Below are positions 19,578-29,366 of a stretch of 64,000 nucleotides of DNA, one piece after another (position 1 is the stretch's first letter; every line of letters begins with the position of its first letter). Below the pieces are notes generated by a model. It searched no databases and was not told where the DNA came from. It saw only the letters and a program-made list of their open reading frames with translations. Location of the stretch: contig DASXDS010000007.1 of NCBI GenBank assembly GCA_036490455.1, positions 855-64,854 on the forward strand, in the 5' to 3' direction. Both the position numbers and the translations under genes were made by a program. The DNA comes from Rhizomicrobium sp. Its GTDB lineage: Bacteria; Pseudomonadota; Alphaproteobacteria; Micropepsales; Micropepsaceae.

Positions 19578-21185
19578 ATGCTTCACGTCTCCCGATGGGT
19601 TCGTATCCTCGTTTCGCTCATTCTGCTCGCGGGCATCGTCATCGCGCTGCCCAACGCGCTGCCGTCCGGCCTCACTGCGAAATTTCCCTCCTGGGTGCCG
19701 AGCAGCACGGTGAGCCTCGGCCTCGACCTGCAGGGTGGCTCCGATCTGCTGCTCGAGGTTGGCGTCGACCAGGTCTACAAGGACCAGGTTGAATCGCTCA
19801 CCAGCGATATCCGCCTCGCGTTCCGCAAGGCGCGCATCCTGTGGCTCTTCCAGCCGACCAAAACCGATTCCGTCGGCGTGGCGATCAAGGATCCGAGCCG
19901 CCTGGACGAGGCGAAGACCATTCTCGACGGGCTCAATCCGACGCTGAGCACCGGCGTGCTGTCCACCGGTCATGCCTACGACGTCACGACGTCGGGCAAC
20001 ATCATCACGATGCACATGACCGACGCGTACAAGAACCAGACGCGCGAACACACCGTCGACCAGTCCATCGAAGTCGTGCGCAAGCGCATCGACCAGCTGG
20101 GCACCAAGGAGCCGACGATCGAACGCCAGGGCGAGGACCGCATCATCGTCCAGGTCCCGGGCCTGTCCGATCCGCAGCACCTGATCGATCTGCTCGGCAA
20201 GACCGCGAAGATGACGTTCCAGCTGGTGGACGAGACAGCCGACCAGACGCTGATCGGCAAAGGGGTCGCGCCGATCGGCTCCGAACTGCTCAAGGAAAAA
20301 GGCGAGAACGGCCAGCCGGGCGAGGTCATCGCAGTGCAGAAGCGGGTGCTGGTGGCAGGCGACCGCCTGACCGACGCGCAGCAGGGCTTCGATTCGCGCA
20401 CCGGGCAGGTCATCGTCTCGTTCCGCTTCGACACGCTCGGGGCGCGGCAATTCGGCGACGTAACCAAGGATAATGTCGGCCATCGCTTTGCGATCGTGCT
20501 CGACAAGGAGGTGCTGTCGGCACCGGTCATCCAGGAGCCGATCCTCGGCGGCTCGGGCCAGATCACCGGCAACTTCACCGTGCAGAGCGCCAACGACCTT
20601 GCCGTGCTGCTGCGCGCCGGCGCATTGCCCGCACCGTTGAAACCGCTGGAGCAGCGGACGGTCGGCGCCGAACTGGGCGCGGATTCGGTCAAGGCCGGCA
20701 GCTATTCGGCGCTGGGCGGACTGGTCCTTGTCGGGCTGTTCATGATCGGACGCTACGGCCTGTTCGGGCTGTTCGCGGATGTCGCGCTGACCTTGAACAT
20801 GGTCCTGCTGCTCGCGGTGCTGACGCTGTTCGGCGCGACCCTGACGCTGCCCGGCATCGCCGGCATCGTGCTCACCATGGGCATGGCGGTCGATGCCAAC
20901 GTGCTGATCTATGAACGCATCCGCGAAGAACAGCGCAACGGACGCACCATGCTGGCGTCGATCGACACAGGCTTCCGCCGCGCCATGGCGACCATCATCG
21001 ACGCCAACTCGACCCATCTGATCGCGGCGCTGATCCTGTTCGAGCTTGGCTCCGGTCCGGTGCGCGGCTTTGCCGTCACGCTCGGTGTTGGCATTGTCAC
21101 GTCGTTCTTCACCGCGGTGATGGTGACGCGGCTGATCGTGGTCGCGTGGCTCAACATCCGCCGCCCGAGGCAGCTCGCGATTTAA
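19578..21185 (+). CDS. secD: protein translocase subunit SecD (no adjacent secF)
   Basis: 535 aa. LGLDLQGG motif, periplasmic P1 domain and a C-terminal six-TM bundle (TLPGIAGIVLTMGMAVDANVLIYERIREE). Confidence 0.9.
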   Translation: MLHVSRWVRILVSLILLAGIVIALPNALPSGLTAKFPSWVPSSTVSLGLDLQGGSDLLLEVGVDQVYKDQVESLTSDIRLAFRKARILWLFQPTKTDSVGVAIKDPSRLDEAKTILDGLNPTLSTGVLSTGHAYDVTTSGNIITMHMTDAYKNQTREHTVDQSIEVVRKRIDQLGTKEPTIERQGEDRIIVQVPGLSDPQHLIDLLGKTAKMTFQLVDETADQTLIGKGVAPIGSELLKEKGENGQPGEVIAVQKRVLVAGDRLTDAQQGFDSRTGQVIVSFRFDTLGARQFGDVTKDNVGHRFAIVLDKEVLSAPVIQEPILGGSGQITGNFTVQSANDLAVLLRAGALPAPLKPLEQRTVGAELGADSVKAGSYSALGGLVLVGLFMIGRYGLFGLFADVALTLNMVLLLAVLTLFGATLTLPGIAGIVLTMGMAVDANVLIYERIREEQRNGRTMLASIDTGFRRAMATIIDANSTHLIAALILFELGSGPVRGFAVTLGVGIVTSFFTAVMVTRLIVVAWLNIRRPRQLAI

Positions 21186-21257
21186 GCCGAAAAGGGCTGT
21201 ATCCCGCGAAAAACGGAGTACACTGCCGACTCAATATTTCCTGGGGAGGCAAAAACA

Positions 21258-21884
21258 ATGGCCGCATTTCTCGGCAATCTTCGCAACGTCGTCATCGCGG
21301 GCTTCGTGCTTGCGCTGCTGCTCTTCATGATCCATGCGCAGCTGGATCATTGGACTTTCAATGCAGAGTCGCTGACCGCGTTTCTGATCCGCTGGTGCCA
21401 CATCATCTGCGGCGTCATGTGGATCGGCCTGCTGTGGTACTTCAATTTCGTTTCCACACCGACGACGCCGTCGATCCCTACCGAACTGCGTCCCGCGCTG
21501 GGCAAGTACATCACGCCGGCGGCGCTGTGGTGGTTCCGCTGGGGTGCAATGGGCACGATCGTGTTCGGCATCCTGCTTGCGGGCATCAATCGCTACATCG
21601 TGCAGGCCTACACGCTCGACATCGTCGACTCGAACGGCATGTTCTCCAACACGAACTACCTGATGATCGGTATCGGTATGTGGCTCGGCACCATCATGTG
21701 GTTCAATGTGTGGTTCATCATCTGGCCGAACCAGCAGAAGGCGCTGAACATCGACAACGCCTATCCCGATCTGTCGGCGGACGCGCGAGCCGCCGCTGCC
21801 AAGCCGGCGGGTCAGTTCAGCCGCATCAACACGTTGCTCTCGATTCCGATGTTGTTCTGCATGGCTGCTGCCTCGCATTGGTAG
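21258..21884 (+). CDS. polytopic membrane protein resembling the membrane domain of urate hydroxylase PuuD (no cytochrome c domain)
   Basis: 208 aa. IRWCHIICGVMWIGLLWYFNFV motif. Good SD (GGGGAGG). The family assignment is from memory only. Confidence 0.55.
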   Translation: MAAFLGNLRNVVIAGFVLALLLFMIHAQLDHWTFNAESLTAFLIRWCHIICGVMWIGLLWYFNFVSTPTTPSIPTELRPALGKYITPAALWWFRWGAMGTIVFGILLAGINRYIVQAYTLDIVDSNGMFSNTNYLMIGIGMWLGTIMWFNVWFIIWPNQQKALNIDNAYPDLSADARAAAAKPAGQFSRINTLLSIPMLFCMAAASHW

Positions 21885-21905
21885 TGCATCGAAGGCATCG
21901 TATGG

Positions 21906-21941
21906 AAAAGGCCGTCCGGGAAACCGGGCGGCCTTTTGTTT
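21906..21941 (+). terminator. rho-independent terminator
   Basis: AAAAGGCCGTCCGG-GAAA-CCGGGCGGCCTTTT: about 14 paired positions, followed by TTTTGTTT. Confidence 0.7.
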
Positions 21942-21945
21942 GGCC

Positions 21946-22779
21946 ATGAGCGATAGCTTCGCCGCCTGCGCCGCGGCTATCCGGAATTACGATCCGGATC
22001 GCTATTTCTCGGCGTTGTTCGCGCCGGCGGACAAGCGCGGTTTTCTGTTCGCGCTCTATGCGTTGAACCACGAACTGGCGCGCGTGGCCGAAACGGTGCG
22101 CGAGCCGATGATGGGCGAGATCCGCCTGCAATGGTGGCGCGATACGCTGGAAGGCGCGCGCGCGGGCACGCCGCGCAAGCACGATGTCGCCGAAGCGCTG
22201 GCCGAGACGCTGCGCGCCGTCGACCTGCCGCAACCGCTGTTCGATACGATGATCGATGCACGTGCCTTCGACTCGTCGGCCGACACCTTCGCGGATTTCG
22301 CAGCGCTGGAAACCTATGTGGACGAGACCTCCGGCGCGCTCATGCGGCTGGCGGCGCGGGTGCTCGGCGCGGGCGACGGCTACGATGCGCTGGCGCGCGA
22401 AGCGGGTATCGCCTATGGCCTTGCCGGCTTGTTGCGCACGCTGCCGTTCCACACCGCGCGTCACAAGCTCTATCTCCCGATGGGGTTACTCGGGATTCTG
22501 AACATCGGCGAAGACGACGTGTTCGCGAAGCACGACGGGCAGAAGCTGAAAGCCGCGATCAACCAGACCGCGATCCACGCCCGCGACCATCTTGCGGCGG
22601 CGCGCAACATGGCGCGGCCGAAGAAGGCGCTGGCCGCGTTTCTTCCGGCGACGCTCACACCGCTCTATCTGAAGCGCGTGACCCGCAAATGGTTCGACCC
22701 GTTCCACCACAGTGCGGAAGTGCCGGTGCATCGCCGCCAGATGGCGCTGCTCGGCGCGTCGGTGCGCGGCCGGATCTGA
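21946..22779 (+). CDS. phytoene/squalene synthase family protein (NDUFAF6-like)
   Basis: The track ORF starts at TTG 21940; ATG 21946 is preferred. YFSALFAPADKRGFLFALYALNHELARVAE...GEIRLQWWRD. Confidence 0.8.
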   Translation: MSDSFAACAAAIRNYDPDRYFSALFAPADKRGFLFALYALNHELARVAETVREPMMGEIRLQWWRDTLEGARAGTPRKHDVAEALAETLRAVDLPQPLFDTMIDARAFDSSADTFADFAALETYVDETSGALMRLAARVLGAGDGYDALAREAGIAYGLAGLLRTLPFHTARHKLYLPMGLLGILNIGEDDVFAKHDGQKLKAAINQTAIHARDHLAAARNMARPKKALAAFLPATLTPLYLKRVTRKWFDPFHHSAEVPVHRRQMALLGASVRGRI

Positions 22780-24129
22780 TTACTCCGCGGCCTGCTGCGC
22801 CGGGTGCAGCCAGCTTTCGAGATCGGCGAGCGCGCGGTGCGCCATCACCCGCTTACGATCCTTGCCGCGGACTTTCGTGCCCGGTGCGAAATCGGGAAAC
22901 AGCCCGAAGTTCACGTTCATCGGCTGGAACGTCTTCGCATCCGCGCCGCCGGTGATGTGCGCCAGGAGCGCGCCGAACGCGGTCGTCGCGGGCGGCGCAA
23001 CGATCGCGTCGCCGCGCGCTTCGGCGGCGGCGAAGCGGCCCGCGAGCAGGCCGATCGCGGCGCTCTCGACATAGCCTTCGACGCCGGTCACCTGGCCTGC
23101 GAAACGCAACGCCGGACGCGCCTTCAGGCGCAGCGAGGCATCGAGCAGCCGCGGCGAATTGATGAAGGTGTTGCGGTGCAGGCCGCCGAGCCGCGCAAAG
23201 CTCGCGTTCTGCAAACCCGGGATCGTTTTGAAGATGCGCGTCTGTTCGCCGTGCTTCAGCTTGGTCTGGAAGCCGACCATGTTCCACAGCGTGCCGAGCG
23301 CATTGTCCTGGCGCAGCTGCACCACGGCATAGGGCCGCTCGCTCTTGCGCGAATCCTGCAATCCGACCGGCTTCATCGGGCCGAAACGCAGCGTCTCCGG
23401 TCCGCGCGACGCCATCACTTCGATCGGCAGGCAGCCTTCGAAATAAGGCGTCGTTTTTTCCCATTCCTTGAAATCGGTCTTTTCGCCGGACAGCAGCGCC
23501 GCAATGAACGCTTCGTATTCGTCTTTGTTCATCGGACAATTGACGTAGTCGGCGCCGTCGCCCTTGTCGTAGCGCGATTGCATCCAGCAGACGTCGAAAT
23601 CGATGCTTTCGCGATGCACGATCGGTGCGATCGCATCGAAGAACGACAACGAATCCTCGCCGGTCAGCGCGCGGATCGCTTCGGCCAGCGGTGGCGACGT
23701 GAGCGGACCGGTCGCGACGATGACTGAGCGCCACTCTTCCGGCGGCAGCCCGGCGATCTCCTCGCGGCGGATTTCGATGTTCGGATGGCTTTCGATTTCG
23801 CGCGTGATGCTCTCGGAGAACGGCACGCGGTCCACCGCGAGCGCGCCGCCTGCCGGCAGGCGATGGGCGTCGGCCATCCGCATGATGAGCGAACCGGCGC
23901 GGCGCATCTCCGCATGCAGCAGGCCGACCGCGTTGTTCTCCCAATCGTCGGAACGGAACGAATTGGAACACACCAGCTCCGCCAGCCCGTCCGTGACATG
24001 AGCCTCGGTCCCACGCACCGGCCGCATCTCGTGCAGCACGACGTTCGCGCCGGCATCGGCCGCTTGCCAGGCCGCCTCACTCCCGGCAAGACCGCCGCCG
24101 ACGACATGAATGGTAGATTTGGAGGGCAT
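22780..24129 (-). CDS. trmFO: methylenetetrahydrofolate--tRNA-(uracil-5-)-methyltransferase TrmFO
   Basis: [18 protein letters not shown] motif and [11 protein letters not shown]. The track start is 24165, but the internal MPSKS start at 24129 is more typical. Confidence 0.9.
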   Translation of the reverse strand: MPSKSTIHVVGGGLAGSEAAWQAADAGANVVLHEMRPVRGTEAHVTDGLAELVCSNSFRSDDWENNAVGLLHAEMRRAGSLIMRMADAHRLPAGGALAVDRVPFSESITREIESHPNIEIRREEIAGLPPEEWRSVIVATGPLTSPPLAEAIRALTGEDSLSFFDAIAPIVHRESIDFDVCWMQSRYDKGDGADYVNCPMNKDEYEAFIAALLSGEKTDFKEWEKTTPYFEGCLPIEVMASRGPETLRFGPMKPVGLQDSRKSERPYAVVQLRQDNALGTLWNMVGFQTKLKHGEQTRIFKTIPGLQNASFARLGGLHRNTFINSPRLLDASLRLKARPALRFAGQVTGVEGYVESAAIGLLAGRFAAAEARGDAIVAPPATTAFGALLAHITGGADAKTFQPMNVNFGLFPDFAPGTKVRGKDRKRVMAHRALADLESWLHPAQQAAE

Positions 24130-24193
24130 TTGTGGGCCGATCAGCAGGAAAACGGCGGGCTGCATAGCACAGGCGCCGCGGATTCTCTCATTG

Positions 24194-24225
24194 CATCAAG
24201 GCATCGAATATGTGATGCTTTGATG
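24194..24225. promoter_or_regulatory. inverted repeat CATCAAGGCATC-N8-GATGCTTTGATG immediately upstream of vapB (candidate autoregulatory operator)
   Basis: 11/12 complementary arms, read directly. It ends 2 nt before the vapB ATG. Confidence 0.4.
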
Positions 24226-24226
24226 T

Positions 24227-24499
24227 ATGCGCACGACGATAACCCTCGACCCCGACAACGTCGCCCGGCTGGAGAAGCTCCAGAAGGAGCGGGACCTCAC
24301 TTTTAAAGAGGCGGTGAATGACGCGATCCGCCGGGGACTCAATGAGGCGGAGAAGCCGTTTCGGCCTCAGCCGTTCAAAACACGTGTCCTTGATGCGGGC
24401 GAACCGAAATTCAAAACGCCTGAAGAGCTGAAGGCGTTGATAAACGAAATCCAGCTTGAAGAGGATTTGCGGAAGCTCGGCCTTCGTGATCCTGATTGA
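24227..24499 (+). CDS. vapB: type II antitoxin (VapB-like, RHH-type)
   Basis: 90 aa. MRTTITLDPDNVARLEKL. Overlaps the downstream PIN gene. Confidence 0.7.
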   Translation: MRTTITLDPDNVARLEKLQKERDLTFKEAVNDAIRRGLNEAEKPFRPQPFKTRVLDAGEPKFKTPEELKALINEIQLEEDLRKLGLRDPD

Positions 24500-24914
24500 T
24501 ACTAACATCCTTCTGACAGCCGCTTCCGCCCGGGCCGAAAGGCACGAACGTGCGCAGCAATGGCTGGACGAGCGTTTGTCCAGCGGCATGCGCGTCGGAA
24601 TGCCGTGGCACAGCCTTCTTGGTTTCGTGCGCCTCATCACGAACCGGTCTGTGTCCGATACGAAAATAACCGTCGCCGACGCGTGGCAAACGGTGCGTGT
24701 CTGGCTGAGTTTGCCGAACGTCTGGATACCGCAGCCGACCGAGCGGCATGCGGATGTCATCGGCGATCTGATCGCGTCGGCGAATGTCGGCACGCGCGAC
24801 GTGATGGACCTGCATCTCGCCGCACTCGCAATCGAACACGGGCTGACGCTTTGCAGCGCCGATACCGGATTCGTCCGGTTCAAGGCGCTGCAATGGATGA
24901 ACCCGCTCGACTAA
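24486..24914 (+). CDS. vapC: PIN-domain toxin VapC
   Basis: GTG at 24486 within track ORF 24456..24914. ILIDTNILL ... DLHLAALAIEHGLTLCSADTGF carries the PIN acidic residues. Confidence 0.85.
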   Translation: MILIDTNILLTAASARAERHERAQQWLDERLSSGMRVGMPWHSLLGFVRLITNRSVSDTKITVADAWQTVRVWLSLPNVWIPQPTERHADVIGDLIASANVGTRDVMDLHLAALAIEHGLTLCSADTGFVRFKALQWMNPLD

Positions 24915-26344
24915 TTCCAGATCGGCGGATGACGGTCGATCCAGGGGTGTGCCTGCTCCAACTGCGCCGCGAGGCGGAAGAGGGTGGCCTCGTCGCCGTA
25001 GCGCGCGTTGAACATCATCCCGATCGGCAGCCGGTCCGACGACAGTCCCATCGGCACTGACATCGACGGCTGGCCGGTGAGATTGGCGAGCGGTGTGAGG
25101 CCGAAAGTCTGGCCCTGGCGGCGGTTGAACTCGCGCGCGCGCACGCTCATCGGATCGAGGAAGCCGAGTGGCGGCGGCGGCGTGATGGTCATCGGCATCA
25201 GCAGCACGTCGAACTCGCGATGCAACGCGAGCAATTCGCGGCCGATCTGGCGGATCGTCTGCAGACCCCAGGCCACATCCTTCTGTGTGATCTCCTTCGC
25301 CGAGCGGTAGCCGACCAACGCCAGGAATTCGAGCGTCGATTCGTCCAGCGGCCGGTTCATCTTCTCCGCCCACTCTTCATAACCGACGACGCTCATCGCG
25401 CCGGAGACCATGCCTTGCGCCTTGTAGAGCTTGCGCAGGTTCGGACCCAGCACAGGCTTTTCGATCATCGTGTGCCCGAGTTCGCCGAGCAGCTTCACCG
25501 TATCGTTGAAAATCTTCTCGACGTTCGGATGGAGCGCCGTTTCCTGGATCGTCTGTTTGCAGAACGCGATGCGCAGCTTGCCCGGCGGCGTTTCGATCTC
25601 GTCCATGTAGGGACGCGATTTCGGCGCGGGCGCGTAGGGCGCGTCGTCTTCCGGCGTGCCGGTCCAGTCGAGCATCGCGGCGCTGTCGCGCACGGTGCGC
25701 GTCACCACATGGTCGCAGATCATGCCGTGGGCGCGGCCGCGATCGTCCGGGCCGCCCGGATTGCGGAATTGCGTCGGCTTGATGCCGAACAGGCCGCATT
25801 GCGCGGCAGGAATGCGGATGGAGCCGAGGCCGTCGGAAGCATGCGCCATCGGCACGATGCCCGACGCGACGCAGGCGGCGGCGCCGCCGGACGAGCCGCC
25901 GGTCGAGTGATTGGGATTCCACGGGTTGTGGCAGTTGCCGAGGAAGCGGCCCTCGGTCGTGCCGGGAATGCCGAACTCGGGCGTGTTGGTCTTGCCGAAC
26001 ATCACGACGCCGGTGCCGCGATAACGCCTCGTCAGCTCCGCGTCTTCGGGCGAGACATAGCCTTCGAGCAGCGCGCTGCCATTGGTCATCGGCCAGTTGG
26101 CGACGGCCATGCCGATGTCCTTGATCAGGAACGGCACGCCCTTGAACGGTCCGTCGGAGAGTTTGGTTTTCGCGGTGTTCCGCGCCTCGTCATACGCCTT
26201 GTAGACGATGGCGTTCAGCGTCGGGTTGTGTTTCTCGGCCCGCACGATCGCTTCCTCGAGCAATTCGCCGGGAGACACCTCGCCGCGGCGCACCAGATGC
26301 GCGAGACCGAGGCCGTCATAGTCGCTGTATTCTGCAAAGCTCAT
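24911..26344 (-). CDS. amidase-signature family amidase, paralogue A (NylA-like N-terminus)
   Basis: [18 protein letters not shown] start at 26344 within track ORF 24911..26641. LIKDI Lys, GGSSGG, DGLGSIRIP. Confidence 0.9.
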   Translation of the reverse strand: MSFAEYSDYDGLGLAHLVRRGEVSPGELLEEAIVRAEKHNPTLNAIVYKAYDEARNTAKTKLSDGPFKGVPFLIKDIGMAVANWPMTNGSALLEGYVSPEDAELTRRYRGTGVVMFGKTNTPEFGIPGTTEGRFLGNCHNPWNPNHSTGGSSGGAAACVASGIVPMAHASDGLGSIRIPAAQCGLFGIKPTQFRNPGGPDDRGRAHGMICDHVVTRTVRDSAAMLDWTGTPEDDAPYAPAPKSRPYMDEIETPPGKLRIAFCKQTIQETALHPNVEKIFNDTVKLLGELGHTMIEKPVLGPNLRKLYKAQGMVSGAMSVVGYEEWAEKMNRPLDESTLEFLALVGYRSAKEITQKDVAWGLQTIRQIGRELLALHREFDVLLMPMTITPPPPLGFLDPMSVRAREFNRRQGQTFGLTPLANLTGQPSMSVPMGLSSDRLPIGMMFNARYGDEATLFRLAAQLEQAHPWIDRHPPIWN

Positions 26345-26346
26345 GG

Positions 26347-27777
26347 TCAGACCCTCACCTTGGAATAATTCTGCGCCCACGGCGCCGCTTTTTCGAGTTC
26401 GGCCGCCAGCTTCAGCAGCAGCATTTCGTTGCCGGTGCGCGCCACGAACTGCACGCCGATCGGCAGGTTGTCCTTGTTCCAGTGCAGCGGCACATTGATT
26501 GCCGGCTGGCCGGTCGCGTTCTGCATCGCGGTGAACGGCACATAATCCAGGATCGGCGCGAACGCCTTCTGGATGTCCTGCTCCATCACATCGACGGTGC
26601 CGAGCTTGAGTGGCGGCTGGCCCAATGTCGGCGTCAGCCATGCATCGTAGGTCTCGTGGAACGCGGCCATGATGCGCGCCGCGCGGTAGAGCGCCTGCTG
26701 CGCCATCACATGCTGCACCGCCGGGATCGTCTTGCCGAACTCGTAAAGCCCCATGGTCAGGCCTTCGATCACATCAAGTGACGGCGGCACCTTCGTCATC
26801 TGTGAAAGCTGCGTCACCGCCATCGCCGTGTTCACCGCCCAGAGCGTCATGAACGCCGGCGTCAGAACGGTGGAATCGAGCGCCGGCGATTTCTCGTCGA
26901 CGGTGTGGCCGAGGTCTTCGCAAAGCTTCGCGGTGCGCTTGACGGCGGCGGTCACGTCAGGATGGAACGCCTTGCCGTTGAGCCCTTTCAGCGACACCGC
27001 GATCTTCAGCCGCTTCGGTTTGCGCTTGATGCCGTCGAGGTAGCTTCCTTCCGGCGCAATCGCGAAATAGGGATCGCCATAGTCGATGCCGCAAGTCATA
27101 TCGAGGGCCGCGGCGGTGTCGCGCACGCTCTTCGTCACGACGTTGTCGACCGAAAGGCCGCTGGTGGAATCGGTGGCGTCGGGCCCTTGGGTGATGCGGC
27201 CGCGCGAAACCTTCAGCCCGACGAGACCGCAATTCGACGCCGGAATGCGGATCGAGCCGCCGCCGTCGGTCGCGTGCGCGATCGGCACGATGCCGGCCGC
27301 AACGCTCGCCGCCGAGCCGCCGGACGAGCCGCCCGGCGTGTGCGCGAGATTCCACGGATTGTGCGCCGGACCGTAGAGCTTGCCCTCGGTCGTCGGCAGG
27401 ATGCCGAACTCCGGCACGTTGGTCTTGGCGAGCGGGATCAGACCGGCGGCGCGATGGCGCGCGACCACCGTGGAGTCGTGATCGGCAGGCACGGCCGGCA
27501 TGTAGCGCGAGCCGTTGCGCGTCGGCATGCCGAGCGCGCCGGCACGCATGTCCTTCAGCACCATCGGCACGCCGGTGAACGGACCCTTGGGCAGCTTGCC
27601 TTTGGCGGCGTCGCGGGCGCGGTCATAGGCTTCGAACACGATCGCATTGAGCTTGGGGTTCAGGCGTTCGGCGCGCGCAATGGCTTCTTCCACCGCCTCA
27701 CGCGCGGAGACCTTCTTCTTCGCGATCAGCGCAGCCAATCCAAGCGCGTCGTAGGCGCCAAACTCGACGAAGCTCAT
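26347..27777 (-). CDS. amidase-signature family amidase, paralogue B
   Basis: 476 aa. [28 protein letters not shown]. 2-nt gap to paralogue A. Confidence 0.9.
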   Translation of the reverse strand: MSFVEFGAYDALGLAALIAKKKVSAREAVEEAIARAERLNPKLNAIVFEAYDRARDAAKGKLPKGPFTGVPMVLKDMRAGALGMPTRNGSRYMPAVPADHDSTVVARHRAAGLIPLAKTNVPEFGILPTTEGKLYGPAHNPWNLAHTPGGSSGGSAASVAAGIVPIAHATDGGGSIRIPASNCGLVGLKVSRGRITQGPDATDSTSGLSVDNVVTKSVRDTAAALDMTCGIDYGDPYFAIAPEGSYLDGIKRKPKRLKIAVSLKGLNGKAFHPDVTAAVKRTAKLCEDLGHTVDEKSPALDSTVLTPAFMTLWAVNTAMAVTQLSQMTKVPPSLDVIEGLTMGLYEFGKTIPAVQHVMAQQALYRAARIMAAFHETYDAWLTPTLGQPPLKLGTVDVMEQDIQKAFAPILDYVPFTAMQNATGQPAINVPLHWNKDNLPIGVQFVARTGNEMLLLKLAAELEKAAPWAQNYSKVRV

Positions 27778-29204
27778 TGCACCATCACCTGCTTGTAGCG
27801 GCCGAACCAGGGTTGTGCCTTTTCGAGCTGGCCCGCCAGTTGCAGCAGCGTCTTCTCGTCGCCATAGCGGCCGACGAATTGCGTGCCGACCGGCAGGCCT
27901 TCCTTATTCCAGTAAAGCGGCACGTTGACCGCCGGCTGACCGGTCACGTTCTGCATCGCGGTGAACGGCACGTAGTCGATGATCGGCGCGAATGCGGTTT
28001 CGTGGTTCTCGTCCTCGAGATCGAAGGTGCCGAGCTTCACCGGCGGCCCGCCGAGCGTCGCGCTCAACCACACATCGTAAGTCTCGTGGAACGTGGCCAT
28101 TGTGCGCGCGGCCATGTCGAGCGTCCCCTTCGCATTCAGATAGGCGCTTGCCGTGAGCGATTTGCCGTACTGGTAGAGACCCCAGGTGAGGCCTTCGAAC
28201 AACTGGCGCGACGGCTCCTGTCCGGTGAGCTGCGCGATCATGTCGATCCCCGCCGCAAGGCCGCCGCCCCACAGATACATGAAGCAGGGCATCATGGTTT
28301 CCTGGTCGAGAGCGGGCGAGGCTTCTTCCACATCGTGGCCCAGCTGCTCGCACAGTTTCGCGGCGTGCTTCACCGCGGCGAGGCAATCGGGATGTTGCGG
28401 CCGTCCGTCGAGCCGCTTTGCGCTGAACGCGATGCGCAGCTTCTTCGGCTTGCGCTTCATCGCGTCGAGATAGGATTTCTCCGCCGGCGGCGCCCAATAG
28501 GGATCGCCCGGAATGCCGCCCTGCGTGGCATCGAGCGCGGCTGCGGTATCGCGCACGCTGCGCGACACGACATGGTCGCTCGCAAGACCGTCGAGCCCTT
28601 CTCCGAAGTCCGGTCCATAGGTCATGCGCGCGCGGGTCGGCTTCAGACCGACAAGGCCGCAGCATGCCGCGGGAATGCGGATCGAGCCGCCGCCATCATT
28701 GGCGTGTGCGAGCGGCACGATGCCCGCGGCCACCGCCGCGCCGGACCCGCCCGACGAGCCGCCAGGCGTGTAGGCCGGATTCCACGGATTGTGCGCCGGG
28801 CCGTAGAGCCTGGACTCCGTCGTCGGGACCAGTCCGAACTCGGGCACGTTGGTCTTGCCCAGCGGGATCAGTCCCGCCGCACGATAGCGGGCGACAAGGA
28901 TCTGATCGTGATCGCTCGGGATGGCCGGCATGAAGCGCGAGCCTTGCCGGGTCGGCATGCCTTCCGCGAGACCCGCGATGTCCTTGAGCAGGAACGGCAC
29001 ACCGGCGAACGCGCCTTTCGGCCGCTTTTTCGCCGCTTCGCGGGCGCGATCGTAATCCTTGAAGACGACGGCGTTCAGTTGCGGATTGAGCGTTTCGATG
29101 CGGCGGATTGCTTCTTCGACCAGTTCGCTCGGCTTTATCTTCTTCTTGGCGACGAGATTGGCCAGCCCCAGGCCGTCATAATCGGCATATTCCGCGAACG
29201 CCAT
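27774..29204 (-). CDS. amidase-signature family amidase, paralogue C
   Basis: 476 aa. [32 protein letters not shown] overlap with paralogue B. Confidence 0.9.
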   Translation of the reverse strand: MAFAEYADYDGLGLANLVAKKKIKPSELVEEAIRRIETLNPQLNAVVFKDYDRAREAAKKRPKGAFAGVPFLLKDIAGLAEGMPTRQGSRFMPAIPSDHDQILVARYRAAGLIPLGKTNVPEFGLVPTTESRLYGPAHNPWNPAYTPGGSSGGSGAAVAAGIVPLAHANDGGGSIRIPAACCGLVGLKPTRARMTYGPDFGEGLDGLASDHVVSRSVRDTAAALDATQGGIPGDPYWAPPAEKSYLDAMKRKPKKLRIAFSAKRLDGRPQHPDCLAAVKHAAKLCEQLGHDVEEASPALDQETMMPCFMYLWGGGLAAGIDMIAQLTGQEPSRQLFEGLTWGLYQYGKSLTASAYLNAKGTLDMAARTMATFHETYDVWLSATLGGPPVKLGTFDLEDENHETAFAPIIDYVPFTAMQNVTGQPAVNVPLYWNKEGLPVGTQFVGRYGDEKTLLQLAGQLEKAQPWFGRYKQVMVQ

Positions 29205-29366
29205 TTCCAGCCCTGTTTATTAGTCTTAAGGAAACTTAGCGGTGGGTGGCAGGGCTGTCACGGACGCTTTTCTTCCGGCCGCGGTTGCCGCACCGCATCA
29301 TTTCTGGGTATCACGGCGGACCGATTTTCCTGGCGTCCGGCGCAGCCTCCGTTTCAGAGAGCATTC

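Noticed and set aside
29208-29257. 8-bp inverted repeat CAGCCCTG ... CAGGGCTG in the amidase C/membrane-protein intergenic region.
   Set aside because: The arms are short and separated by 34 nt, which is well within chance expectation for GC-rich DNA. It is kept only as a place to look for an operator.
27777-29366. The 5' two-thirds of the 823-aa track ORF 27777..30248.
   Set aside because: This part is antisense to amidase C and translates to RA-rich junk. Only the portion from ATG 29367 onward looks like a real membrane protein.
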